NCBI GenBank assembly: GCA_964402035.1
Contig: CAYOAM010000002.1
Span: forward strand, 27,280 to 91,279
Reading direction: 5' to 3'
DNA length: 64,000 bases
Source: an uncultured Candidatus Saccharibacteria bacterium
GTDB lineage: Bacteria; Patescibacteriota; Minisyncoccia; Phycocordibacterales; UBA918
A program made the position numbers and the translations under genes. Shown here one piece after another: positions 28,345-36,808 of this stretch; position 1 is the first letter of the stretch; every line of letters begins with the position of its first letter. The notes beneath the pieces are model-generated. The model saw nothing but the letters and a program-made list of their open reading frames with translations. It did no database searches and was not told the DNA's origin.

Positions 28345-31300
28345 TTAATGACTATCCTCGCGACGCTTGAGGTCTACATCAAGGACAAGACCACGAAGCT
28401 GATTGACAAGAACGTTGAACGAGGCCGGTGTGTGTGGTGGATTGATACGTTCACCGCGGACAATAGAATCAAAGGCGGCTGAACGACCAACAATGTCGTC
28501 TGACTTAATGGTGAGCATTTCACGAAGTGTGTGAGCGGCTCCATAACCCAAGAGCGCCCAGACTTCCATTTCTCCAAAACGCTGACCTCCAACCTGTGCC
28601 TTTCCTCCAAGCGGCTGCTGAGTGATGAGCGAGTAGGGCCCAATTGATCGCATGTGGATTTTGTCCTCCACCATGTGATGCAGCTTCAAGATGTACATGT
28701 ATCCCACTGCGATTTTCTGTCCAAATCCTTCACCAGTGCGTCCATCACGGAGCGATAGTTTTCCATCCTCTGGAAGTCCTGCAAGCTTAAGTTCCGCCTT
28801 AATCTCTTCTTCAGTTGCTCCAGCAAATGGCGGCACAATAGCCTGATAGCCCAATGTGTGTGCAGCCATACCAAGATGGAGTTCCAAAATCTGTCCGAGG
28901 TTCATACGGCTAGGCACACCAAGTGGTGTAAGAATCACGTCAATAGGACGACCATCTTCGGTGTATGGCATGTCTTCTTCTGGAAGAATGCGGGAGATAA
29001 CACCTTTGTTTCCGTGACGTCCTGCAAGCTTATCTCCCACCGAGACGTTGCGGACCTGTGCAATCGTAATACTAATCTTTTTAATAACACCGCTTTCGAG
29101 TTGATCTCCCTGTTCACGCGAAAATACCTTGACGCCAATAATGCGTCCACGCTTTCCTGCTTCTAGACGGAGTGAAGTATCTTTTACGTCCTTCGCTTTC
29201 TCTCCAAAGATCGAACGGAGGAGTCGCTCTTCAGGAGTCAATTGTGTCTCACCTTTTGGCGTCACCTTTCCAACTAAAATATCGCCGGGACGTACTTCAG
29301 CACCAATGCGGATGATACCCTGCTCATCGAGGTTGCGGAGTTTGAGCTCACTGACGTTTGGAATATCGGGAGTCGTGACCTCGGGACCAAGTTTTGTGTC
29401 ACGAACCGATACTTCAAGCTCATCCATGTGGATGGTTGAAAACTTGCTGTCTTTTACGAGTCGTTCAGAAATAATAATAGCGTCTTCATAGTTTGCTCCA
29501 CTCCAGCTCATAAAGGCGACAAGCGCATTTTGTCCCAAAGCCATCTGTCCGTCGGCAGTTGACGAAGTATTTGCAAGTACATCACCGCGCTTCACGGTAG
29601 CGCCGAGTGATACTGCAGGGCGATGATAAAACGCAGAAAAGTCGTTTGTGCGCTGGAAGGTGATCAGCGGGTATTCTTTTTTCTTTCCCTCTTTATTTTT
29701 GACAACGATATGACGTGCATCAACCTCCACCACTTCTCCTGCTTCATCAGCAACAATCAGTCGTCCAGTGTCGCGTGCTGAAAGCTCTTCAATACCGGTC
29801 GCAACAAGCGGCACCTCCTGCACGATGCACGGAGTAGCCTGTTTCTGCATGTTACTACCCATGAGTGCGCGGTTTGCATCGTCATGGTTTAGAAACGGAA
29901 TCATGGATGTCGCAACCGAAAACGCTTGGTTCGTGGCAATGTCCATAAAGTCCACCGCATCGCGTGGTACCACGAGTGGATCACCGGCCTTTCGCACTTC
30001 GACGAAATCCTGCATGATTTTCCCCTCTGCACTCATCTCGGTTGCTGCGTGAGCGATGTTGTATTTTTCTTCTTCGTGGGCATTGAAATAGATAATCTCA
30101 TCGGTAAGTACACCCTTCTTTACCTTTACGTATGGGGTCTCGATAATACCAAAGTGGTTTACGCGAGCATACATAGCGAGACGAAGAATAAGTCCGATGT
30201 TTGGTCCTTCAGGCGTATGGATCGGACAGAGTCGTCCGTAGTGACTTGGGTGCACATCGCGCACTTCAAAACCTGCGCGTTCTCGTGTGAGTCCACCGGG
30301 TCCAAGCGCTGAAAGCGTACGCAAACCTTCGAGTTCTGCAAGCACGTTTTGCTGCTGCATAAACTGTGAGAGCTGGTTCGTGGTGAAAAACTCTTTAATG
30401 ATCGCTTGGAGCGGTCGTGGGTTAATGAGCTGCATTGGAAGACTCGTCTCCGACTCAATGGTCGACATACGATCTTGAATATTGCGCTTCATGCGGGTCA
30501 ATCCCACACGAACACGCTGCTGGAGCATTTCTCCAAAGTAACGCACGCGACGGAAACCAAGGTGGTCAATGTCGTCAGGAAGTGCGCCGGGTGTGTGATT
30601 TTGTTCAATAATGTGGCTGATGATTGTCACCAAATCCTCAAGTGTCACCACCTTGCGTGCAATATCCTTTGCGCCTGTCGCGCGGTTAAATCGCTCATTG
30701 AAGTGATGACGACCAATCTCGGAGAGGTCATAGCGTCCTTCACTGAAAATTGAGTTTACAAACTCACGAGCATTTTCAACGGTCGCCAAATCGCCATCGC
30801 GAAGTCGCTTGTATATTTCAATATATGATTCGTTGAGGTCCTTTGCGGGATCTTTTTCAATAGTGAGCTTCATCGTGTCTTTGCCATGCGGTACTTTCTC
30901 AAATAGTGAGAGGATATCCTTGTCGAACTTAGCACCCATGACACGCAAAAGAGATGACGCAGGGAATTTGCGCTTTCGGTCGATTTTGACGTAGATAACG
31001 CCGTCTGATTCAGATTCAATTTCAACCCACGCACCTCGTGCAGGGATGATCTTTGCACCAAAATATACCTTTCCTTTTGATTCAGCAGTCGTAAAGAAAA
31101 TACCGTATGAACGCGCAAGCTGAGGGACAATCACGCGCTCAACACCATTGATGATGAAGGTACCGTGATCGGTCATAACCGGAAGGTCGGTGAGGAAGAT
31201 CTCTTGCTCCTTCTCTCCACCGATGATTTTGTTCTTGAGAGAAACGGTAGCGCGGAGTGGTGCGTCGTAGGTCAATTTGTTTTCCTTAGCAAACTCAGGC

Positions 31301-31533
31301 TGCACCTTTGGCTTACCCAATTCGTACTTCTTGATATGCAATTCAAACTTCTTCTCTGAATAGTCAGAGATCGGAGAAAACTCCTTAAACACTTCCTTGA
31401 TACCTTCCTCGACAAGCCACGTAAACGAATGTCGCTGGGGTTCAATCAAATCAGGCAAGGGTACGAGTGCCTTGCGATATTTCTTGAATTGCTTCTTCGG
31501 TAACGATGCCTCCACACCGTGCGCTTTTGACAT
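28345..31533 (-). CDS. rpoB: DNA-directed RNA polymerase subunit beta
   Basis: Conserved RpoB blocks across 1062 aa (GPGGLTRERAGFEVRDVHPSHYGRLCPIHTPEGPNIGLI; C-terminal LGGQRFGEMEVWAL). Confidence 0.95.
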   Translation of the reverse strand: MSKAHGVEASLPKKQFKKYRKALVPLPDLIEPQRHSFTWLVEEGIKEVFKEFSPISDYSEKKFELHIKKYELGKPKVQPEFAKENKLTYDAPLRATVSLKNKIIGGEKEQEIFLTDLPVMTDHGTFIINGVERVIVPQLARSYGIFFTTAESKGKVYFGAKIIPARGAWVEIESESDGVIYVKIDRKRKFPASSLLRVMGAKFDKDILSLFEKVPHGKDTMKLTIEKDPAKDLNESYIEIYKRLRDGDLATVENAREFVNSIFSEGRYDLSEIGRHHFNERFNRATGAKDIARKVVTLEDLVTIISHIIEQNHTPGALPDDIDHLGFRRVRYFGEMLQQRVRVGLTRMKRNIQDRMSTIESETSLPMQLINPRPLQAIIKEFFTTNQLSQFMQQQNVLAELEGLRTLSALGPGGLTRERAGFEVRDVHPSHYGRLCPIHTPEGPNIGLILRLAMYARVNHFGIIETPYVKVKKGVLTDEIIYFNAHEEEKYNIAHAATEMSAEGKIMQDFVEVRKAGDPLVVPRDAVDFMDIATNQAFSVATSMIPFLNHDDANRALMGSNMQKQATPCIVQEVPLVATGIEELSARDTGRLIVADEAGEVVEVDARHIVVKNKEGKKKEYPLITFQRTNDFSAFYHRPAVSLGATVKRGDVLANTSSTADGQMALGQNALVAFMSWSGANYEDAIIISERLVKDSKFSTIHMDELEVSVRDTKLGPEVTTPDIPNVSELKLRNLDEQGIIRIGAEVRPGDILVGKVTPKGETQLTPEERLLRSIFGEKAKDVKDTSLRLEAGKRGRIIGVKVFSREQGDQLESGVIKKISITIAQVRNVSVGDKLAGRHGNKGVISRILPEEDMPYTEDGRPIDVILTPLGVPSRMNLGQILELHLGMAAHTLGYQAIVPPFAGATEEEIKAELKLAGLPEDGKLSLRDGRTGEGFGQKIAVGYMYILKLHHMVEDKIHMRSIGPYSLITQQPLGGKAQVGGQRFGEMEVWALLGYGAAHTLREMLTIKSDDIVGRSAAFDSIVRGERINPPHTPASFNVLVNQLRGLVLDVDLKRREDSH

Positions 31534-31582
31534 AGGGCAAATCGATTATTGACAATAGGCGCCTGGGGATAAACATGAGCAC

Positions 31583-31606
31583 GAAAAAACCCTCGCGTGC
31601 GCGAGT
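31583..31606 (-). terminator. Terminator/attenuator hairpin in the rpoB leader
   Basis: CTCGCG-TG-CGCGAG palindrome followed on the - strand by GGTTTTTTCG, about 60 nt upstream of the rpoB ATG. Confidence 0.45.
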
Positions 31607-31723
31607 ATAACCCCAAAACTGCCCTATTGAGCTTGTAAATACGACACTATAGAAATGTTACTACTCCGCAGTATGAAAATCAGTCAGTCAAAACACAATC
31701 AGTGCAGTCATTTGCGTCTCCAC

Positions 31724-31752
31724 ATACTACCAGAACCCCCATTTTCCGTCAA
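31724..31752 (-). promoter_or_regulatory. Sigma70-like promoter TTGACG-17 nt-TAGTAT on the - strand, about 190 nt upstream of rpoB
   Basis: Hexamers read from the reverse complement. Confidence 0.4.
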
Positions 31753-31800
31753 CAAAACAGACTCACATCTGTGGAGAGGAGAATTTGGGCACAATAATAG

Positions 31801-31860
31801 CCGCAAAGTGTACCCTTTGCGGCCTTGCCCAGAGGCTGCGCTTAGTGCGCAGCCTCTGGG
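31801..31860 (-). terminator. Tandem hairpins (CCGCAAAG...CTTTGCGG; 14-bp perfect CCCAGAGGCTGCGC...GCGCAGCCTCTGGG) downstream of the 111-aa gene
   Basis: Read directly; T-rich tract follows on the - strand. Confidence 0.5.
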
Positions 31861-31875
31861 CCCTGATTTCTCTTG

Positions 31876-32211
31876 CTAGGAGAGCGTAAAGGTGACTTCC
31901 GTGCAAGTCACTAACCATTTGACCCCGACTCCTTTCTCCTTTTTTTCATAAAAAGAGAACTGATTTGTGACGAATCGTGAGCAGAATTCCCCAAAAGTGC
32001 TCCCCAATGCGTCCAGTGCCTCATCGGAGATCTCACCGAGTAAAAGGTAGATTCTGCTATCAGTTGTCTTGAACACCCAGCGTCGGGTAGACCGTGTGTA
32101 GATTTGTACACGATGTGGATCCTCGAAATGTTTGAGGCCCCGGACAATCACCAAAGTTCGTGACTGCTCATCGCCCCAAAATCCATCGAAATTCCGGAGT
32201 TCGTGAACCAT
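31876..32211 (-). CDS. Hypothetical protein (111 aa)
   Basis: ORF with no recognisable motif; flanked downstream by the tandem hairpins at 31801-31860. Confidence 0.35.
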   Translation of the reverse strand: MVHELRNFDGFWGDEQSRTLVIVRGLKHFEDPHRVQIYTRSTRRWVFKTTDSRIYLLLGEISDEALDALGSTFGEFCSRFVTNQFSFYEKKEKGVGVKWLVTCTEVTFTLS

Positions 32212-32274
32212 GCTTCTCTCCCTGATGAACGAACAATCGTAACTGGTGAAGCCTATACTACGATTTCATTGCCG

Positions 32275-32946
32275 TCAATGAAATTTCATATCTCGCCACT
32301 GTTCTATTTTCTTATGATCTCCAGTTTTGAGGACTTCAGGTACTTCATATTTCTTCTTTTTCCAGACCAGCGTCTCGGGACGAGTGTAAGCGGTGCCATT
32401 GGTGATCCTTGATTCTTCTATCGAATCGCTCTCGCCAAGCACTCCTGGGACATGTCTCGCTATCGCATCTATGAGCGTGAGCGCTGGCAGCTCTCCCCCA
32501 GTAAGTACGTACTCGCCCACCGAAATTTCTTCTGCTTTCAAAATCTCTTTGACTCGGGCATCAATGCCTTCATAGCGCCCCGAGATGAGTACTATATCTT
32601 TTTCTTTCGCCAGCTTCTTTGCTATCTCTTGAGTAAAAAGCGTCCCACGTGGCGACATAATAATAATCTTCGGTTTTGTTTTCTTTTTTCCGACAGCCTT
32701 CGCTACCGCAGCCAACACCGGTTCTGGCTTCATCACCATCCCCGGACCACCTCCGTATGGACGATCATCGGCTTTATTGTGCTTGTCGCCAGCAAAGTCT
32801 CGAGGGTTGTAGTAGGAGACTTCAATTTTCTTGCCCCGCACTTTTGCCCCCTTTCCCTTGTCAGTCTTCTGAGCACGCCCCAAAACCGAAGCGTCTGTGT
32901 ACGCCTTACAAACCTCCGGAAACAGTGTGACTACATGAAAATGCAT
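32275..32946 (-). CDS. trmD: tRNA (guanine37-N1)-methyltransferase
   Basis: MHFHVVTLFPE, RPYGGGPGMVM and ISGRYEGIDARV are TrmD signatures. The palindrome ATTTCATTG-CCGT-CAATGAAAT overlaps its stop codon. Confidence 0.85.
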   Translation of the reverse strand: MHFHVVTLFPEVCKAYTDASVLGRAQKTDKGKGAKVRGKKIEVSYYNPRDFAGDKHNKADDRPYGGGPGMVMKPEPVLAAVAKAVGKKKTKPKIIIMSPRGTLFTQEIAKKLAKEKDIVLISGRYEGIDARVKEILKAEEISVGEYVLTGGELPALTLIDAIARHVPGVLGESDSIEESRITNGTAYTRPETLVWKKKKYEVPEVLKTGDHKKIEQWRDMKFH

Positions 32947-32977
32947 AAACGCAGTATGCCACAAAGGAACATGAATC

Positions 32978-33001
32978 AAAAAGCCCCTTGCGGGGCTTTT
33001 T
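32978..33001 (-). terminator. Hairpin plus U-run between the KH gene and trmD (possible attenuator)
   Basis: AAAAAGCCCC-TTG-CGGGGCTTTTT. Confidence 0.5.
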
Positions 33002-33004
33002 GAT

Positions 33005-33352
33005 TCACATCTTCAAATCTTCGATGGCTTCATCAAGAGACTTTGGTTCGCGATTGTCTGCGATCTGCGCTTGGGTCATCGAGGTACCCATGCCCGGTCC
33101 ACGACCACCTTCAGGCTCATTGATCTTGAGGTTTACGCGTGCATCATACTTCATCCCAACAACACGGAGGAGTGTGCGAATGGCTTTTGCGGTATTGCCC
33201 GAACGACCGATGATCTTGCCCATGTCCGCCGGATGCACATCGAGAAGGAGGAGTACTCCCATCTGATCCACCGTACGACTAACTTTTACTGATTCTGGAT
33301 TATCGACAAGTTCTTTCACTACGTACTCGAGGAATTGCTGATCTCGTTCCAT
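33005..33352 (-). CDS. KH-domain RNA-binding protein (UPF0109/YlqC family)
   Basis: MERDQQFLEYVVKELV...GKIIGRSGNTAKAIRTLL (GxxG KH motif); conserved position between rpsP and trmD. Confidence 0.7.
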   Translation of the reverse strand: MERDQQFLEYVVKELVDNPESVKVSRTVDQMGVLLLLDVHPADMGKIIGRSGNTAKAIRTLLRVVGMKYDARVNLKINEPEGGRGPGMGTSMTQAQIADNREPKSLDEAIEDLKM

Positions 33353-33447
33353 AAATAGAATTACTGTTTTAAAGGATGCTGATAGTCTGCATGACCTCCT
33401 CAATCGTACTTTATCATTGATACCTAAGTCAACGCCGCACTCTTGAT

Positions 33448-33480
33448 AAAAAGGCGGGGACCTTTGGTCCCCGCCTTTTT
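33448..33480. terminator. Hairpin AAAAAGGCGGGGACC-TTTG-GTCCCCGCCTTTTT
   Basis: Read directly; A-run and T-run flank an 11-bp stem. Confidence 0.55.
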
Positions 33481-33501
33481 ACAGATCTTTTTTCTTTCCC
33501 G

Positions 33502-33855
33502 TTACGCCGCAACTTCTGCAGTCACTTCTCCCGCTGCAACCTCAGCCGGAGCTTCCGCTTTCTCTTCTTTCTTAGTCTCTACCACCTTCTTTGGAGCTTG
33601 TACGGTAATCTTTGGTGCATTGATCACTTTCTGTGATACAAGCATGTTGTGGACGGTAGGAGACGCTTGTACGCCCTTTGAGAGCCATGTCTTTGCCTTC
33701 TCGCCATCAATCTTAATGGTACCTGACTTTGGCTCGTAAAAACCAAGCATGTCGATAAACTTGCCGCTTTTAATACCCTGGCGTGAATCAACAACTACCA
33801 CTCGGTATGAGGGGCTGTTCTTTCTTCCTATCCTCTGTAGTCGCATTGTAATCAT
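33502..33855 (-). CDS. rpsP: 30S ribosomal protein S16 with K/E/A-rich C-terminal extension
   Basis: M(ITM)RLQRIGRKNSPSYRVVVVDSRQGIKSGKFIDMLGFYEP matches S16. Listed ORF 33502..34203 over-extends into the rnr gene on the opposite strand. Confidence 0.8.
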   Translation of the reverse strand: MITMRLQRIGRKNSPSYRVVVVDSRQGIKSGKFIDMLGFYEPKSGTIKIDGEKAKTWLSKGVQASPTVHNMLVSQKVINAPKITVQAPKKVVETKKEEKAEAPAEVAAGEVTAEVAA

Positions 33856-33915
33856 TGTGCCCAAAAGAGTACCAGAATTACCTATACTGGTCAAATGTGG
33901 TAGGCTCATAGAATC

Positions 33916-35847
33916 ATGGAAACAAAAACACATACACTCGAAGGCGTTATTATGGTGCGTGGAAAAGGCGTAGGGTACGTCAACCTGCCGCAGTTTGAGG
34001 ACGATGTCGTCATAGCGCCCGATGCTGTGGGTACGGCTCTTGATGGCGATATCGTCCTTCTTGAAATGGGTACCAAATCTCCTATGGGTCGCGAGACGGC
34101 TAAGGTCGTCAATATCATTTCTCGCGCCCGCAGCGAATACATCGGCACGATCACCCTTCTCGATGGCGTTCCCCACCTCCACCCGGACAATAGACGCATT
34201 CACGTCTCATTTGTACTCCCTCAATCAGCCTCAGAATCAGTCGGTATGAAAGCAGTCGTCACGATGACCGAATGGACTGATCCAAAAGTGAAGCCGCAAG
34301 CAAAAGTCCTCGAGATCCTAGGAAAAGCAGGAGACCACGAGACCGAGATGCAAGCCATCATACGTGGTGGCGGTTTCGCCGTTGACTTTCCCGAGCAAAT
34401 TGCAAAACAAGCGGAGGAGCTCCATGCAACAAAAGAGCAGATTTTTAAGGATGCTCTTCTCGATCCGAAACGCAAGGATTATCGCCACGTACCCACCTGC
34501 ACCATCGACCCAAAGACTGCAAAAGATTTTGATGACGCACTTTCGATTCTAAAGATCTCTGATGATACATATGAGATCGGCGTGCACATTGCTGACGTCT
34601 CACACTACGTCATTGAAAACGATCCTATCGATAAAGAAGCACAAGAACGCGGCACCTCGATCTATCTCGTGGATCGCGTAATTCCGATGTTGCCAGAGAT
34701 TCTCTCAAATGATCTCTGTTCACTGCGACCCAACGAAGACCGACTCGCTTTTTCAACCATATTTACCATTAAGAAGGACGGTACCGTCACCAACACATGG
34801 TATGGCAAAACGGTGATTCATTCCAACCGTCGTTTCTCATACGAAGAAGCACAAGAAGTACTCGACCTTGGTCATGGTGACATGCACGACGATCTTCGCG
34901 TCATGATGGACATCTCTCGCTTTTTGCGTGCCAAACGACAGCAAGAAGGAGCTATCGCTTTTGACCAACCTGAAGTCGTATTCGAACTCGATGCCGCAGG
35001 GAAACCGATCGACATCCGTCTCAAGACGCGAACAGAGACTATGCTCATGATTGAGGATTTTATGCTTTTGGCAAATCAAAGTGTCGCGACCCATATCTAC
35101 AATCTCTCAAAAGCAAATCACCAGGACATGGCATTTGTCTATCGCATACATGATGTACCAAATCCGGACAAGATTGTGGAACTTGGCATTTTCTTGCGTG
35201 CCCTTGGGTACGAACTCAAAAATGAACGTGGCATGGTCACCGGAAAAAACGTCAATGCACTGCTGAAGGAAGTGACAGGTACTCCGGAGGAAGCACTCAT
35301 CAAGACCGCCACCATACGCTCGATGGCAAAAGCAGTGTACTCAACAAAAAATATCGGGCACTTTGGACTTGCATTCAAATTTTATACACACTTCACTTCC
35401 CCGATCCGTCGATACCCCGACCTCATGGTGCATCGCTTACTCTATAAGCATCTAAATGGCACACCGATTGGGAGTGCAGAACATGCACGGTACGAGCGAC
35501 TCTCAGTGCAATCATCTGCGCGAGAACTCAATGCTGTCGATGCAGAGCGCACCTCGATCAAGTACAAGCAGGTAGAGTTTATGCAATCAAAAGTTGGACA
35601 AGTATTTACGGGCACAATTACCGGTACCGCAGACTGGGGTCTCTATGTTGAAGACAAAGCAACAAAAGCAGAAGGATTGGTCCGTCTCGCATCGATGCGC
35701 AAAGATTTCTTTGTCCACGAAGGAGCGAAATACCAAGTGCGCGGACAGAAATCATCGCAGACATACCGCCTCGGCGACACCGTACAAATCAAACTCATCC
35801 GCGCAAACTTAGAAGAACGCACACTTGATTTTGAGCTAGTGGCATAG
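33916..35847 (+). CDS. rnr: Ribonuclease R (RNB-family 3'-5' exoribonuclease with C-terminal S1 domain)
   Basis: RNB catalytic blocks (DPKTAKDFDDALS, HIADVSHYV) and a C-terminal S1-like segment. Confidence 0.85.
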   Translation: METKTHTLEGVIMVRGKGVGYVNLPQFEDDVVIAPDAVGTALDGDIVLLEMGTKSPMGRETAKVVNIISRARSEYIGTITLLDGVPHLHPDNRRIHVSFVLPQSASESVGMKAVVTMTEWTDPKVKPQAKVLEILGKAGDHETEMQAIIRGGGFAVDFPEQIAKQAEELHATKEQIFKDALLDPKRKDYRHVPTCTIDPKTAKDFDDALSILKISDDTYEIGVHIADVSHYVIENDPIDKEAQERGTSIYLVDRVIPMLPEILSNDLCSLRPNEDRLAFSTIFTIKKDGTVTNTWYGKTVIHSNRRFSYEEAQEVLDLGHGDMHDDLRVMMDISRFLRAKRQQEGAIAFDQPEVVFELDAAGKPIDIRLKTRTETMLMIEDFMLLANQSVATHIYNLSKANHQDMAFVYRIHDVPNPDKIVELGIFLRALGYELKNERGMVTGKNVNALLKEVTGTPEEALIKTATIRSMAKAVYSTKNIGHFGLAFKFYTHFTSPIRRYPDLMVHRLLYKHLNGTPIGSAEHARYERLSVQSSARELNAVDAERTSIKYKQVEFMQSKVGQVFTGTITGTADWGLYVEDKATKAEGLVRLASMRKDFFVHEGAKYQVRGQKSSQTYRLGDTVQIKLIRANLEERTLDFELVA

Positions 35848-35851
35848 AAAA

Positions 35852-35875
35852 ATGGCGCTCCCAAGGGAGCGCCAT
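35852..35875. terminator. Bidirectional hairpin between rnr and the 129-aa gene
   Basis: ATGGCGCTCCC-AA-GGGAGCGCCAT, 11-bp perfect stem. Confidence 0.5.
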
Positions 35876-35880
35876 GCGGA

Positions 35881-36270
35881 TCAAGCGCGGATGAATGCTG
35901 AGGTTCTGCTGATAATACTCCGCTGCATAGCCTCAACTGCACATACGATGAGGTCGTAGTGCTCCCTTTCGCTCGCCGGAATGCGAGGTTCAATACCATT
36001 CGTCATTTCCATCACTGCACTTCGGATAGGCCCATCCTTCAAAAGCATACCGCGCATGAAGTCCCCCGATGGCATGCGATACGGCACATTTGCTTTGGCA
36101 ATCTGACTGCGACAGATCATGAACATCGAAAATGTGGACTCCAAGACACCATCCAGTCGTGCCGCTGACGCCCAAAGATAATTGGTGCCGTGGATAACAC
36201 ATTGTTCTTCTGGCGTAGTGCCAAAAATGCAAGGGAACGTCACGAACTCAAGACGATCTTGATTGCTCAT
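35881..36270 (-). CDS. Hypothetical protein (129 aa)
   Basis: ORF with typical composition; no recognisable motif. Confidence 0.35.
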   Translation of the reverse strand: MSNQDRLEFVTFPCIFGTTPEEQCVIHGTNYLWASAARLDGVLESTFSMFMICRSQIAKANVPYRMPSGDFMRGMLLKDGPIRSAVMEMTNGIEPRIPASEREHYDLIVCAVEAMQRSIISRTSAFIRA

Positions 36271-36330
36271 CTTTCACCCCTTCTGGTTGTACTGAACCCA
36301 GCTAACGGTACACCCGAGTGTGACCTCCTG

Positions 36331-36807
36331 TCAAAAAAATGTATCAATACCCAGTAAGAAATAAACAAAAAATAGTATCGGGAAAAGTGCCGCGTAACAA
36401 AGGAAAGTTCTCCATTCACTTTTTCCAAAACGGTTTGGCAGCAGTCTTTCAGCAAAATAGATAACTACAAGTAACCATGCTAGCTCCACAATCAGTCCCA
36501 GAGACTTAAACACATTTAGCGCAAACAGAGCGCACAAGAATAATGATAATATTAAAAAATAACCTACAGATTCCTCTTTTTTTGATATATTCACCTTATT
36601 TCTGTTCAAGTATTCCACAAGCAAAAGTGTAATAATGGAAATTCCTATAATGCTTGGGCTAAAACCAAAAAAAACATACGCAACAGATACTAAAATATCA
36701 ACACCATAAGCAGAGGGATCAAAGTAAGCTGCGACATAAAAAGTGACAATAAAACAAGCAGCCAAAAATATTGACTTGACCAATGCTCGACTAAAAATAT
36801 CTAACAT
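36331..36807 (-). CDS. Hypothetical polytopic membrane protein in a conspicuously AT-rich gene
   Basis: Start at MLDIFSRAL; four or five hydrophobic segments; base composition visibly more AT-rich than the flanks. Confidence 0.4.
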   Translation of the reverse strand: MLDIFSRALVKSIFLAACFIVTFYVAAYFDPSAYGVDILVSVAYVFFGFSPSIIGISIITLLLVEYLNRNKVNISKKEESVGYFLILSLFLCALFALNVFKSLGLIVELAWLLVVIYFAERLLPNRFGKSEWRTFLCYAALFPILFFVYFLLGIDTFF

Positions 36808-36808
36808 A

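Noticed and set aside
33502-34203. 233-aa - strand ORF listed for the rpsP region
   Set aside because: Only the last 117 aa (from MITMRL) match S16. The upstream part overlaps the rnr gene on the opposite strand and has no protein character.
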